This document shows positions 40,764-52,276 of a DNA stretch of 64,000 nt, piece by piece. The notes under the pieces are model-generated. The model worked only from the letters and a program-made list of their open reading frames with translations. It made no database searches and was not told the DNA's origin. Positions within the stretch are counted from its first letter, which is position 1; every line of letters starts with the position of its first letter. The position numbers were made by a program, and so were the translations under genes. This DNA comes from Octopus vulgaris (lineage: Eukaryota), in the NCBI GenBank assembly GCA_951406725.2, contig OX597818.1, forward strand, positions 17,236,001 to 17,300,000. The letters run 5' to 3'.

Positions 40764-41354
40764 GGCCATCTCTAATATATATATATATATATTAGTACAA
40801 TACAATATTTTTCAGCGAAATAAAGCACCGTAAAGGTAGAATTATAAATAGGAAATAGTGGCACAACAAGGTACCAATTTTTGCTGGAAATAGCAGTCGA
40901 TAACCGTTCGACGTTAGATAGAGCTTCACTGTATGTATAGAAGCAAAGATGTGTGCGGGCGGCGAATATAAAAATGTTCGTCTTATCTCCAGGAAGAACG
41001 CCAGAGAAATGAACAACCTAGTTCTCGAGTTTCGAATTTTTCAGAATGCGTTTGTTATAGTAAAACCATTTGGTCTTCATCGGCTACGTCTACCGAAAAG
41101 ACTAAATTTAAAATATCTGCTACATCAACGCCTGTATGCTCGGCCAATAGCCCCAGCCATAAACAGAACGAGATCAGTGAAAAGTTTTATATATGAAACA
41201 TAAATATTATTACAATACAATGATATTATTTTCCAGCAGAATAAAGCACCGTAAAGGTAGAATTATAAATAGGAAATAGTGACACAAGGTACCATATTTT
41301 CTTGTCCCTGAATGGGACGCCAGTTGGCACCAACTCCGTCAGCTACTGCTGTCT

Positions 41355-41481
41355 CTTCTTCTTCTTCTTCTTCTTCTTCTTCTTCTTCTTCTTCTTCTTC
41401 TTCTTCTTCTTCTTCTTCTTCTTCTTCTTCTTCTTCTTCTTCTTCTTCTTCTTCTTCTTCTTCTTCTTCTTCTTCTTCTTC
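41355..41481. repeat. Long pure (TTC)n microsatellite
   Basis: About 42 uninterrupted TTC units; this tract generates the poly-E, poly-F and poly-S pseudo-ORFs. Confidence 0.95.
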
Positions 41482-42410
41482 CAATCAGGACTCACGCCAT
41501 TAGCCACAAAGAATAATCTCTAATTCGAGCCTACTCTAAGCTACTAAGAATGCGTGTGGCAAATTGAAGATCCACCCACCACACGCGGTAGACTGGCAGT
41601 TGCACGGGTGCGAAAGCTACGTTGTTATCCTCATTCCGTAAACGGGTGGAGAGCTGAACCATCCTGGGGTACAGAGGATTCGCAATCTAGACTAGGGTCT
41701 GAAAGTTAAGCAACAAGGCTTTCGATCGTGGGTTCGATTGCCGTTCTGGGATGCGCGTTGTGTCTTAGTGAAAGGCACTTTGCATCTCATTATTCCAGTC
41801 TACTCAGCTGAAAAGGAGTAACAACAGTAGCTGTGGAGGCACAATGGCCCAGTGGTTAGGGCAGCGGACTCGCGGTCGTAAGAGCGCGGTTTCGATTCCC
41901 AGACTGAGCGTTGTGAGTGTTTATTGAGCAAAAACACCAAAGTTCCACGAAGCTCCCCGCTGTACTCTTTCACCACAAAATTCTCTCATTTTTTCTTCCT
42001 ATTTCTGCCACAAAGCAGAGGAACCATGGTGTAACCCACTATGGTGTGGAAAACATCGTGACATAGAGTGTGACAAGGTTGGTCCTTTTACAGGTACAAC
42101 AGAAACAAAGAGTGAGAGAAGGTTGTGGTGAAAGAGTACGGCAAGGTTCGCCACAACCTCCTGCCGGAGCCTCGAGGAGCTTTAAGCGTTTTCGCTCAAT
42201 AAGCACTCACAACACCCGGTCTGAGAATCGAAACCGTGATCCTACGACCGCGAGTCCGTTACCCTAGCCACTGAGTCGTTGCGCCTCCACCATAATTTTT
42301 ATAGAATATCTGTAGACATAACCTTAACAAAATAAGAGAACTTAACCATTCAACCATGCTGTGTCAATCACTTTTACAATTTGTACAATCTACACATACA
42401 CACGTACCCA

Positions 42411-42454
<44 letters not shown>

Positions 42455-42462
42455 TCTTTCTC

Positions 42463-42853
42463 TTTTACTCTTTTACTTGTTTCAGTCATTTGACTGCGGC
42501 CATGCTGAAGCACCACCTTTTAGTCGAGCAAATCGACCCCGGGACTTATTCTTTGTAAGCTCAGTACTTATTTTATCGGTCTCTTTTGCCGAACCGCTAA
42601 ATAACGGGGACGTAAACACACCAGCATCGGTTGTCAAGCAATGCTAGGGGGACAAACACAGACACACAAACACATACACACACACATATATATATATACA
42701 TATATAAGACAGGCTTCTTTCAGTTTCCGTCTACCAAATCCACTCACATGGCATTGGTCGGCCCGGGGCTATAGCAGAAGACACTTGCCCAAGATGCCAC
42801 GCAGTGGGACTGAACCCGGAACCATGTGATTGGTTAGCAAGCTACTTACCACA
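42463..42853 (-). mobile_element. SINE family B copy
   Basis: Nearly identical to the copies at 55296-55729(-) and 58943-59385(-). Confidence 0.88.
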
Positions 42854-43528
42854 CATACATACATACATACATACATACATACATACATACATACATACAT
42901 ACATACATACATAAAAACGAATAAATAAACAGACAGGCACATAATCTCACGCGCTAAATTACATACACTCAGAAGCTAACAGACACATTCTCTTTCTACA
43001 AACGTGTATGAATACCAATACATAATTGTACGGAATTTACACGGAATGTCGCCATTTTTTTAAAATAAGGTCACTAGCTCATTTCTTTTCTTTTTTTCCC
43101 CTCTCTCTCTCTTTCTCGGTCTTTTTCTCTGTGGCTTCCTTTTGAAATAACGTTCAATAAATACACAGAGGGGAACCAATATATTTACCAGAAAGACTGT
43201 ACATTGCTTTTAAAAAGGAAGTCAGATTAAAGAAGATTCGTGTATGAAACAGTAGCCCCAAGTCTTGATGTTCCGATTTCCGTAACGTACAAGAGAACGT
43301 CGCGTTCTCATCTTTGTCGTCTATATTTGAACCTTAGAATCAATCAAATGGAAAGCATTTATATAGTCACTCAATATGCTAAAAATAGCAGTCAAATCTC
43401 CCTTTCAAATCGCACACCGAATGCCTTATATTAAGAAAAAGGAAGACATTCGATAATCTATTCCTAGGTAGAGATTGTCTGAATCATGGCAACCGAATAA
43501 TTGTTACATATTACATTTACAGATATAT

Positions 43529-43598
<70 letters not shown>

Positions 43599-43604
<6 letters not shown>

Positions 43605-43780
43605 TAGAGACAAACCGCTATTTAGTTATTCCATCAATAGTGAAACGATATTATCTATAATAACCAACATATTTTAGAATAATAATTATAAGATATTTAA
43701 TTAATTTCTATGTGGTTATTATAGATCATACCGTTTCATTATTGATGGAATAATTAAATAGCGGTTTTTCTCTAAATTCT
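43599..43780. repeat. Fold-back element related to the 17828 element
   Basis: agaatttagagacaaaccgctattta.ttattccatcaata.tgaaacg is mirrored by cgtttca.tattgatggaataa.taaatagcggttt.tctctaaattct. The adjacent 43820-43880 resembles the reverse complement of about 17750-17800. Confidence 0.75.
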
Positions 43781-43880
43781 ATATATATACATATAATATA
43801 TTGTGAATTTTTGATTTAGTGTGCTAAATTGAATTTTTTCCCTGTTGACTTGGAATTATTATATTCCCTAACTATTAATA

Positions 43881-43915
<35 letters not shown>

Positions 43916-43916
<1 letters not shown>

Positions 43917-45205
43917 GAGGGGCCTTCAATAAGTAATGCCCCTGACCCACTTCCTATAGCAGTAGAGCAACGAAACTTGGCACAGTTATTAGTCTTTTTC
44001 TACATAGGAACCACCCAGAGTTACGCATTTCTCCCATCGTTTGATGCGGCTCTGGAGACCGTTTTTGTAGAAGGACCCAATTTGGTCCTCCAACCTCAAC
44101 GTGACTTCAGAAATCAAGGCTGCATCATCTGGGAAACGCTTTCCTTTCAAAAACAACTTCATGATTGGGAAAAGGTGAAAATCAGAGGGTGCAAGGTCAG
44201 GAAAGTAGGGGGGATGGGGAGGAGTTCATAGCCATACGCCTGTGCTTCTGATCTGGCGACAAGCGAGTTGTGGACCGGAGCGTTGTCCTACAGGAGGAGG
44301 ATGCCTTTGCTGATCTTGCCCCGCCTCTTGATTTTGATAACTTTTCTTAATTTCCTCAAAAGTGAAGCATAATAGGCTCCTGCAATTGTGGTACCCTTTG
44401 CCAGAAAATCTGTCATCACTACTCCGTCCTGGTCCCAGAAGACTGTGAGCATGACCTTGCCAGCGGAGGGCTGCACCCTTGCCTTCTTTGGAGGGGGTGA
44501 GTCACGGTGCTTCCACTGCATTGACTGGGCTTTGGTCTCTGGATCATCGTGATGGACCCGGGTTTCATCCTGTGTAATCAGTCTTTTGAAAAATTTTGAC
44601 TCATCTTCTTGGCACATCTCCAAATTCACCCTCGAGCACTCGACGCGTTCTTGCTTCTGGAAAGGCGTGAGCAACCTGGGAATCCATCTGGCAGACACCT
44701 TTTGCATATGCAAATGGTCATGAATGATAGTTTCCATAGATCCGGTACTAATCTTGACCTCATGGGCTATTTGGCGAATAGTTATGCGTCGATCTTCCAA
44801 AATGGCAGCCTCAACTTGACGGACAGATGCCTCATCAATGGCAGAAGGGGGCGACCAGATCTGGGAGCTGTTTCCACAGAGTTCCGACCATGTTTGAATT
44901 CACGATGCCAGCGTTTTACAAGGTCATATGATGGGGCATCATCACCATAAGTTACTTTCATTTCATCAAAAGTCTCCCGTGGTGTACGTCCTTTCAAATA
45001 CAAAAACCGGATCACTGCTCGACACTCAACAGACTCCATTTCACACTTGACTCGGTTCAAACACCTGTAAATCAGAAACCACAATTAATTCAGAGCTGTA
45101 ATTTTCCACTTACTCTATAGAGATAGAAATGATTGCACATGCAAAATTTCAGCTAGATCAAACAACTGCAAGTGGGTCAGAGGCATTACTTATTGAACGT
45201 CCCTC

Positions 45206-45206
<1 letters not shown>
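43916..45206 (-). mobile_element. Second full-length copy of the mariner at 27434, inserted in a (TA)n tract
   Basis: TIRs cgaggggccttcaataagtaatgcccctga and tcagaggcattacttattgaacgtccctcg. Reads MESVECRAVIRFL.., ITQDETRVHH and SAGKVMLTVFWD, with a CAG>TAG stop at LLQDN. Confidence 0.93.
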
Positions 45207-45293
<87 letters not shown>

Positions 45294-45678
45294 CGCAGGC
45301 ATAGTTGTGTGGAAAGAATAAGTACCAACCTCAAAAGAAGTTCTAGGGTCAATTCATTCGACTAAAAGTGATCAAGGTGGTACCCCGTTTTATGGCCGCA
45401 GTCTGATAACTGAAACGACTTAAGGAAGGAAGGAAATATGTTTACAGAAGAAAACATTGATAAAGTCATTGTTGTATGGTGAAAGACTTTTATAAGCCGA
45501 TAGATGAATTGATTTAACACACACACACACATTCTTTTACTATTTTACAAGTTTCAGTCATTTGATTGCGGCCATGCTGGAGCACCGCCTTTACATATAC
45601 ATATACATATATATAGATATAAATATACTTATACGTATATATAGCTACATGCACATACATATACATACATATGTGTGC

Positions 45679-45728
<50 letters not shown>

Positions 45729-45743
45729 GCACACATATGTATG

Positions 45744-45804
<61 letters not shown>

Positions 45805-45806
<2 letters not shown>

Positions 45807-46270
45807 TGGCTGCCCCCTCGTTATCGAATATGGCCATTGCACGAAGCTTAATCAATGTTGTTATCGTGCAATGCCTGTACAAGAAGATTTTTTTATAGTG
45901 AGGAAAAGCTGTGCACTGAGTCGATCCCACTCACTAAGCAACAGCAGCCATAATCCGAAAAGAAGAACAAGTCAACATCATCGGTAACCACTGACCCGCA
46001 GGTTTTATGTCGGAGTTATCCCAGTTACCTGAGTTGCCTTCTCCTAGAAGGATGCCCTAACGAAGGCTAGGAGTCCTTCACTCCCAATGGTTTAACCGCG
46101 CGATCGGGTATTCAGACCGATTATTTCTATGTCCCCACGCATGATTGAGCCTTAAGACATTTATTGGATGGCCGTTGCCTCTCAAGAGTTCCTCCGCCCT
46201 TTTGGACACCCGCAGGGTGTCCAATAAACACCCTCCTCACCAAGCAAGCTTGGTGGGGTTGCCGGTTTAG
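45805..46270 (-). mobile_element. GC-richer structured element resembling the 5' region of an RTE-clade LINE or an RTE-derived non-autonomous element
   Basis: Contains a gggcatccttctaggagaaggcaactc motif and two strong hairpins, and is sharply bounded by (TA)n on both sides. Confidence 0.45.
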
Positions 46271-46309
46271 TATATATATATATATATATATTTACCTACA
46301 TATATATAT

Positions 46310-46362
<53 letters not shown>

Positions 46363-46376
46363 TACATATATATATA

Positions 46377-46437
<61 letters not shown>

Positions 46438-46726
46438 ATGTGCGTGCGTGTAAAGATATATATATACTTTTGAAAGAGGATAACAAACACCGAGGCATAA
46501 CAAGCATCTCAATTCATATACATTATTTTATATTATTCTTAAAATAATGTATATGGATTGAGATGCTTGTTGTCCTCTTTCACAAATATATATCTGCTAA
46601 ATCGGAAACTGAAAATGGATCAATAGCTCACGTCTCAATTACGAGCTTGGAACCATGATAATCCGTTACAGAGCTTACCCAGCGTACCTATTCGTTTAAA
46701 TCAGCAGTGAACTAAACCCCCATATT

Positions 46727-46785
<59 letters not shown>

Positions 46786-47194
46786 AGGCGCGTGGCTTAG
46801 TGGTTAAGGTGTCAGCATCATGATCGTAAGATTGTGGTTTCGATTCCTAGACCGGGCGATGCGTTGTGTTCTTGAGCAAAACACTTCATTTCACATTGCT
46901 CCAGTCCACTCTGCTGGCAAAAATGAGTAACGCTGCGATGGACTGGCGTTCCGTCCAGCTGGGGAACACATACGCCATATAAACCGGGAAACCGGGCCCA
47001 TGAGTCTAGCTAGGCTTTAAAAGGGCGCATTTATATATATTAATAATGTAACAACAAAAGAATGAATGAGACTTCGATGTTATGTAAATAGAGAAATTTA
47101 TCTATAAATATAATATAGGGCAATCAGAGATGCGGAGCACTTCAGCCCCGACATCCGAAACTCTGAATTTTATAATGACAATTAAATGATTGTC

Positions 47195-47246
<52 letters not shown>

Positions 47247-50200
47247 TCCCTCACATTTCGGAATGTCTTGTATCTAAAAGGCCTTTTCGGTACGCTGAAT
47301 TCGGTAACATGAAATCTCTTTTGCCACCGAATTTCATATTATAAACTGAGATCTGTTCCTAGAGAATATTTTTCGAAAAGCAAATGCTAAAACAAACAAA
47401 AATGCATAAAAATACTGATTTTTAAACTCACATCGTACATCTGTATTCATAAAAATCATGTATTAGTATGCATCAAAACTTTTGAAGAGAAACACATTAG
47501 GGAATAAAAAAAGAATACAGTAATATTGAATACAAATTTTGGAACAATGCCAGCAATTTCGCAATAGTGGGTAAGTCGATTACATCGGCCTCAGTGTTCA
47601 ACCGGTACTTATTTTATCGAATCCCGAGAGGATGAAAGGCAAAGTCGACCTCAGCGGAATTTGAACTCACAACGTGAAGATAGACGAAATGCCACAAAGC
47701 ATTTTGCCCGGCGTGCTAACGATTCTGCCAGCTCGCCGCCTTAATAATAATGATAATTCTTTCTATAATAGGCACAAGTCCTAGAATTACGGGGGAAGAA
47801 ATTAGTCGATTACATCGACCCAGTGCTTGAATGATACTTAATTTATCGACCCCGAAAGGATGAAAAACAACGTCAACCTCGGCGGAATTCGAACTCAGAA
47901 CGTGAAGACGGACGAAATGCTGCTGAACAATTCTGCCAGCTCGCCGTCTTAAAGAATGCAATAATATTGAGGTACGGTACGTAATCACCACAAATAATGC
48001 CGACTGCAGTGTGATAGGTGGTGGTGGCTGGATTACGTCAAGAACGCGGATGCTTCTGCTAAGATGATTCTGGTATATCATGTATTCCAACATATATTCT
48101 AGAAAGTTGCTGTTATTATTTAGCACCTTTGCCAGCCTGAGCCAACAGATTTCTTATAGTAAAGGCTTTTTTACTGTCGTGACCATCTAGTCTTTTCGTA
48201 TCTCCTAGAATACATTATTTAATGTGTTCTTTTTGTTTTTGTGAGTCGGTATAATTTGACTTACGGGCGATTCGGCTAGTATTTGTAACAGATGAGGGTG
48301 CTCTGGGAGTTAATGGAAGACGGACACTATCTGCTGCCCTGCAGAATGTCATAATGAGCTTCTGCTGCTGGGGTTGATAGCTTCTAAGGTGCTTGGCATT
48401 TACAACGCACCATCTCTTCGTGCGTACTGAGTTCATTATCAATTATTCTTGTAATTTTTCCGTTACATTGACAATTAGTATCATTTTCAGCGAAATTTTG
48501 CAAAAGCTTCTTCCATAAGTACCAACAAACTCAGCAGCTGTGACAGAATGCAGTCTTGAAATGAAGTGAAAACTCGAACTAATTGTGTATCATTGAACGA
48601 CATGTTGCAGAAATTTCTGTTATTTTGAATGATACATTTTACTTTCTGTTGACTTGGCATCAAGCATCTAATCCCAAAAAATCAAGTTTGGTAAAAGAAT
48701 CGAGATGTGTAAATTCTACACCACAATTAGCTAATAAACTGATTGTGCAGATTCAGTGAACTGCAATTCAATCAGAGTAGAAAGTCTCATTTGTTTCATA
48801 TTTTAGAATTAACCAAAAAAACAAAAACACATAGATGGAACAGCGCTTTTATCGTTTAACTGAAGATGCTGAAATGTGGGAACACATACGATAAACATAC
48901 CTTGAAAAAGGAACAGCATTATCCTCAGACTGAAAACATGTACTGAATACTTGCGACAGAATGCACTGTTAAAGGTGCGCAAAGACCAGATGGTGATGTT
49001 AGACCGGGAGATTGATTAAGTCTAACCTCCCCGAAACAAGAACAGTCCAACGCTGGGCTTCCACGGAGTTTTCGTCCGCCAAAATCTTTCTTACATGGGA
49101 CTGGTCAATCCGAAGCTATAGCAAAAGCCATTTATCAAAGGTGTCGTGCAGTGAGATTGAACTCGAAACCAGTTAATTGCGAACCCAACTTCTAACACAC
49201 AGTCATGCTTGTACTCATTACTTTAACAAAAAATATCTTTGGGTCCTATGGATACAGTTGAAATATAGATAATAAGCATGTTACCTATACTTAACTCAAT
49301 CATCAAATATAGGAGTCCATGGGCCTCGATGACCACCAGATTATTATAAATGTATGGAAAGTATGTGATTGGAAATATAGACTTAAATCAGTAATGCAAC
49401 GTTAATCAAAATTTTAGCTCTCGGTTGCTCGCGTGTATGACCTGATGCTTTCATTAGTTGTCTTTGGTACCTAGTCATGAATGGACATAGACTCTCCCTC
49501 TCGATCTTCCAATCCTTAACCGAGCGGAACATCGAGGATATGACAGTTGGAGGAGAGAAAGCTGCACTAGTAGTCAGCTGACACTTATTTTTGGTTGAGG
49601 AGATAAGACCAACGTGAAATGAAACGCCCTGCGCCACCTGGTCCTGAAATCGACTCCACGACTTTATGATAGTAAAATCAACACCCTAACCCCCAAGACG
49701 CGTGTCTTCACGTAGCTAATAATTGGTAATGAATAAATTATAAAGAAACACTTTACCCCATGCCTCTCTAACGAAAAAGGTAACCAGCTTAATAGAATTT
49801 CGGTATCGGAAATGTAATAATCCTATAGCAAGAAAGCTAAATTTTAATGTGGTGGCTAGATTACGCTAAGAAGCTACTGGTAAGATGATTCTAGTACGTT
49901 AAGTATTCCAACATGTATCCTGGAAAGTTGCTGTTGTTATTGTTAAGCGCCTTTCTCAACCTGACTCAGCAGATTTCTATAGTCAGAGGCTTTTCTATCG
50001 TGACCATCTCGTCTTTTTGTATCCCCGGGAATACAATGTATTCTTTATCCAATGTGTTCTTTCTGTTTTTCTATGTTGGTATAATTTAACCTCCAGGTGA
50101 TTCGGCTGATGTTTCTAGCAAGTCGAAAGACCGCATAAATATTTCTTTATTTGCTCTGTATATCAGGAAGTTATCACAAATGGAGAAATCATGAATGAAA

Positions 50201-50769
50201 TATTTGCATAAATTTTATTGCGCATGGAACTCATATGGTTCAACAAGAGAAACTATATATCACCATTTCAATAACAATGGTTCAGTTGCGTTCCACTCGT
50301 TCTACATAATTGATTGTAAGAAAACCTAGTAAACGTAATCAGTACCAACCAGCGTAGGATATTCTTCGATACAAAGGAATTCAAAAGACATTGATGATAA
50401 AAAAAAAAAATCAGTTCAGTCAATGTCTCATTTTTTCTTCGTAAAAGTCAAGTAAGGAACAATCGAATTATAATTGTTATTCGTTAAAGCTGTTTGGGGA
50501 AGGGAAATTGTCATCTGTCATTAGGTGTCGTCTGCTTTTGAATAAATAGAATATTGAAAGTACGAGGCTACGGCTGGACATATTTTTGATACTTCATTAA
50601 ATAGCATATACTTCTTTCGTCGTTAACTTGAACTTCAAAATAACATCGATACGTTTCTGTAAAAGTCGAGGTGCTTGTTTTTAGCTTTCTACGTCACAAG
50701 TATCTCAGACGTCATGCAACCGTTTTCTCCTCGTCATATAAAATGATTTTCTTTTTAGTTTCAACTTTT

Positions 50770-50796
50770 AGTTTCTATTTTTTTCTGAATTTGTAG
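50770..50796 (+). promoter_or_regulatory. Possible 5'-UTR splice acceptor just upstream of the tandem-CH ORF
   Basis: A T-rich tract ending in ttgtAG (50795-50796), 28 nt before the ATG. Confidence 0.35.
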
Positions 50797-50824
50797 CGAA
50801 CCAAAACATTTTCGATATTTAAAA

Positions 50825-52111
50825 ATGGTTCGCATTACAACACTTTCTGAATCCTTCCATGCAAAAGAAGGGAGCAAAAATGAAGGGAAATCTGAGGAAT
50901 CATATGTCTCATTCAATGCAGATTGGACAATGATGCTTGAACTGAGTCCTGATGTTTTTCAAACATTACAGACTATTTTTCAAAAAAGTTTCGTTCCCAA
51001 ATTTCCTTCTAACGAAAGTTTTACTTGGAGATCTATGGTAAACCGTATATATAATAGACCGAAGGGAACAAAAATTGAGTGGAATAAGCCTAAACGAATT
51101 TCTTCGTGTGGTCGTAAAACCCTCATAAAATGGGTGAATGATCAATTACAGACACAATTATTGGATATAGGAGAACTTTCTAGCGGAATTCACTATTGCT
51201 TTTTATTGGATATTTTAGCCCCAAATATTATTCCCAAAAAGAAAATTAAATTTGAAAAGAAGGCTGAAGCATATGATTACAATTTTAAACTTTTGGAAAA
51301 AGCATTTTACGAACTGAAAATCGACAAACTTATACCTAAAAAAATTAAAGATAAAAATTTGAAAGAAATTCTTATCTTCACAAATTGGCTTAAATCTTTC
51401 TTTGAGGCGAACTTGAATGACGACCTCCGCGAAGAGTTTCTCTCAAACAATCAGGTATATTCATCAAGTATACTTAGTGATGCTTATGAAAGCGATACCG
51501 ATATGCTAGAAAGACATGATTTAGAAAACTCTAAGAGCCAATCAAAAGCTCAATCACAAAGTTCTGTCCTGATACCATCTTTAAATAACGCTCTAATAAA
51601 ATATGGTCACGGGGATACACCAGAAATTAAATGCTTAAAACCTCAAAGTCGTATCAAGCACGGTTTGGAAACTGAGAAATGTCATTCAGCGATAGACCCC
51701 CAAACGACACCCAATTTCTTGCCACGGTTGATTAAACCGAAGCGGGTTGGCATGTACGGAAGAAAAACACTTATAAACTGGATCAGGAGAACTCTCGCAG
51801 TTGACATCAACGATTTAAATCAGTTGTCTGATGGTATTGTTTTTTGTCTTCTAATGAACCATTTAGATCCGATAGTGCTACCGAGATACAAGATTAAAGC
51901 CAAAGCAGATGCATCAGGTTTCCTACAAAATTATCGTCTGCTCCAAGCCGCCTTCATCCACCACAAAATAGATAAAGTTATCCGAGTTAATAAACTGATT
52001 GCGTGTAACATGAAGGAAATTTTGATGTTTACAAATTGGTTAAAGGCTTTTCTAGAATACAATTTAGATCGAAACGAATTTAAATCGTCGGATTCAACAG
52101 AAGATCGTTGA
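50825..52111 (+). CDS. Uninterrupted 428-aa ORF with two tandem EB1/MAPRE-type calponin-homology domains
   Basis: By far the longest complex-sequence ORF in the window. Residues 88-197 and 304-414 both follow the EB1 CH pattern (R..L..W.N..L...I.EL.SG..YC..LD.L.P..I...KIKF....Y..NFKLL..AF....IDK.IP........N....F..W.K.FF.AN). There is no EBH coiled coil or EEY/F tail. Confidence 0.88.
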   Translation: MVRITTLSESFHAKEGSKNEGKSEESYVSFNADWTMMLELSPDVFQTLQTIFQKSFVPKFPSNESFTWRSMVNRIYNRPKGTKIEWNKPKRISSCGRKTLIKWVNDQLQTQLLDIGELSSGIHYCFLLDILAPNIIPKKKIKFEKKAEAYDYNFKLLEKAFYELKIDKLIPKKIKDKNLKEILIFTNWLKSFFEANLNDDLREEFLSNNQVYSSSILSDAYESDTDMLERHDLENSKSQSKAQSQSSVLIPSLNNALIKYGHGDTPEIKCLKPQSRIKHGLETEKCHSAIDPQTTPNFLPRLIKPKRVGMYGRKTLINWIRRTLAVDINDLNQLSDGIVFCLLMNHLDPIVLPRYKIKAKADASGFLQNYRLLQAAFIHHKIDKVIRVNKLIACNMKEILMFTNWLKAFLEYNLDRNEFKSSDSTEDR

Positions 52112-52215
52112 TCTTCTACAGAAAATGTTTATTTCGAAGAATTTATAAAAAGTTCGCAACAGCAAGAATACATGTTTTTTCGCTTTGAACATTCTTTTTA
52201 ATGCCACCCACAAAT

Positions 52216-52276
<61 letters not shown>

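Noticed and set aside
51560-51660. Possible SxIP motif in the tandem-CH linker (SVLIP, SRIK)
   Set aside because: Neither matches S/T-x-I/L-P.
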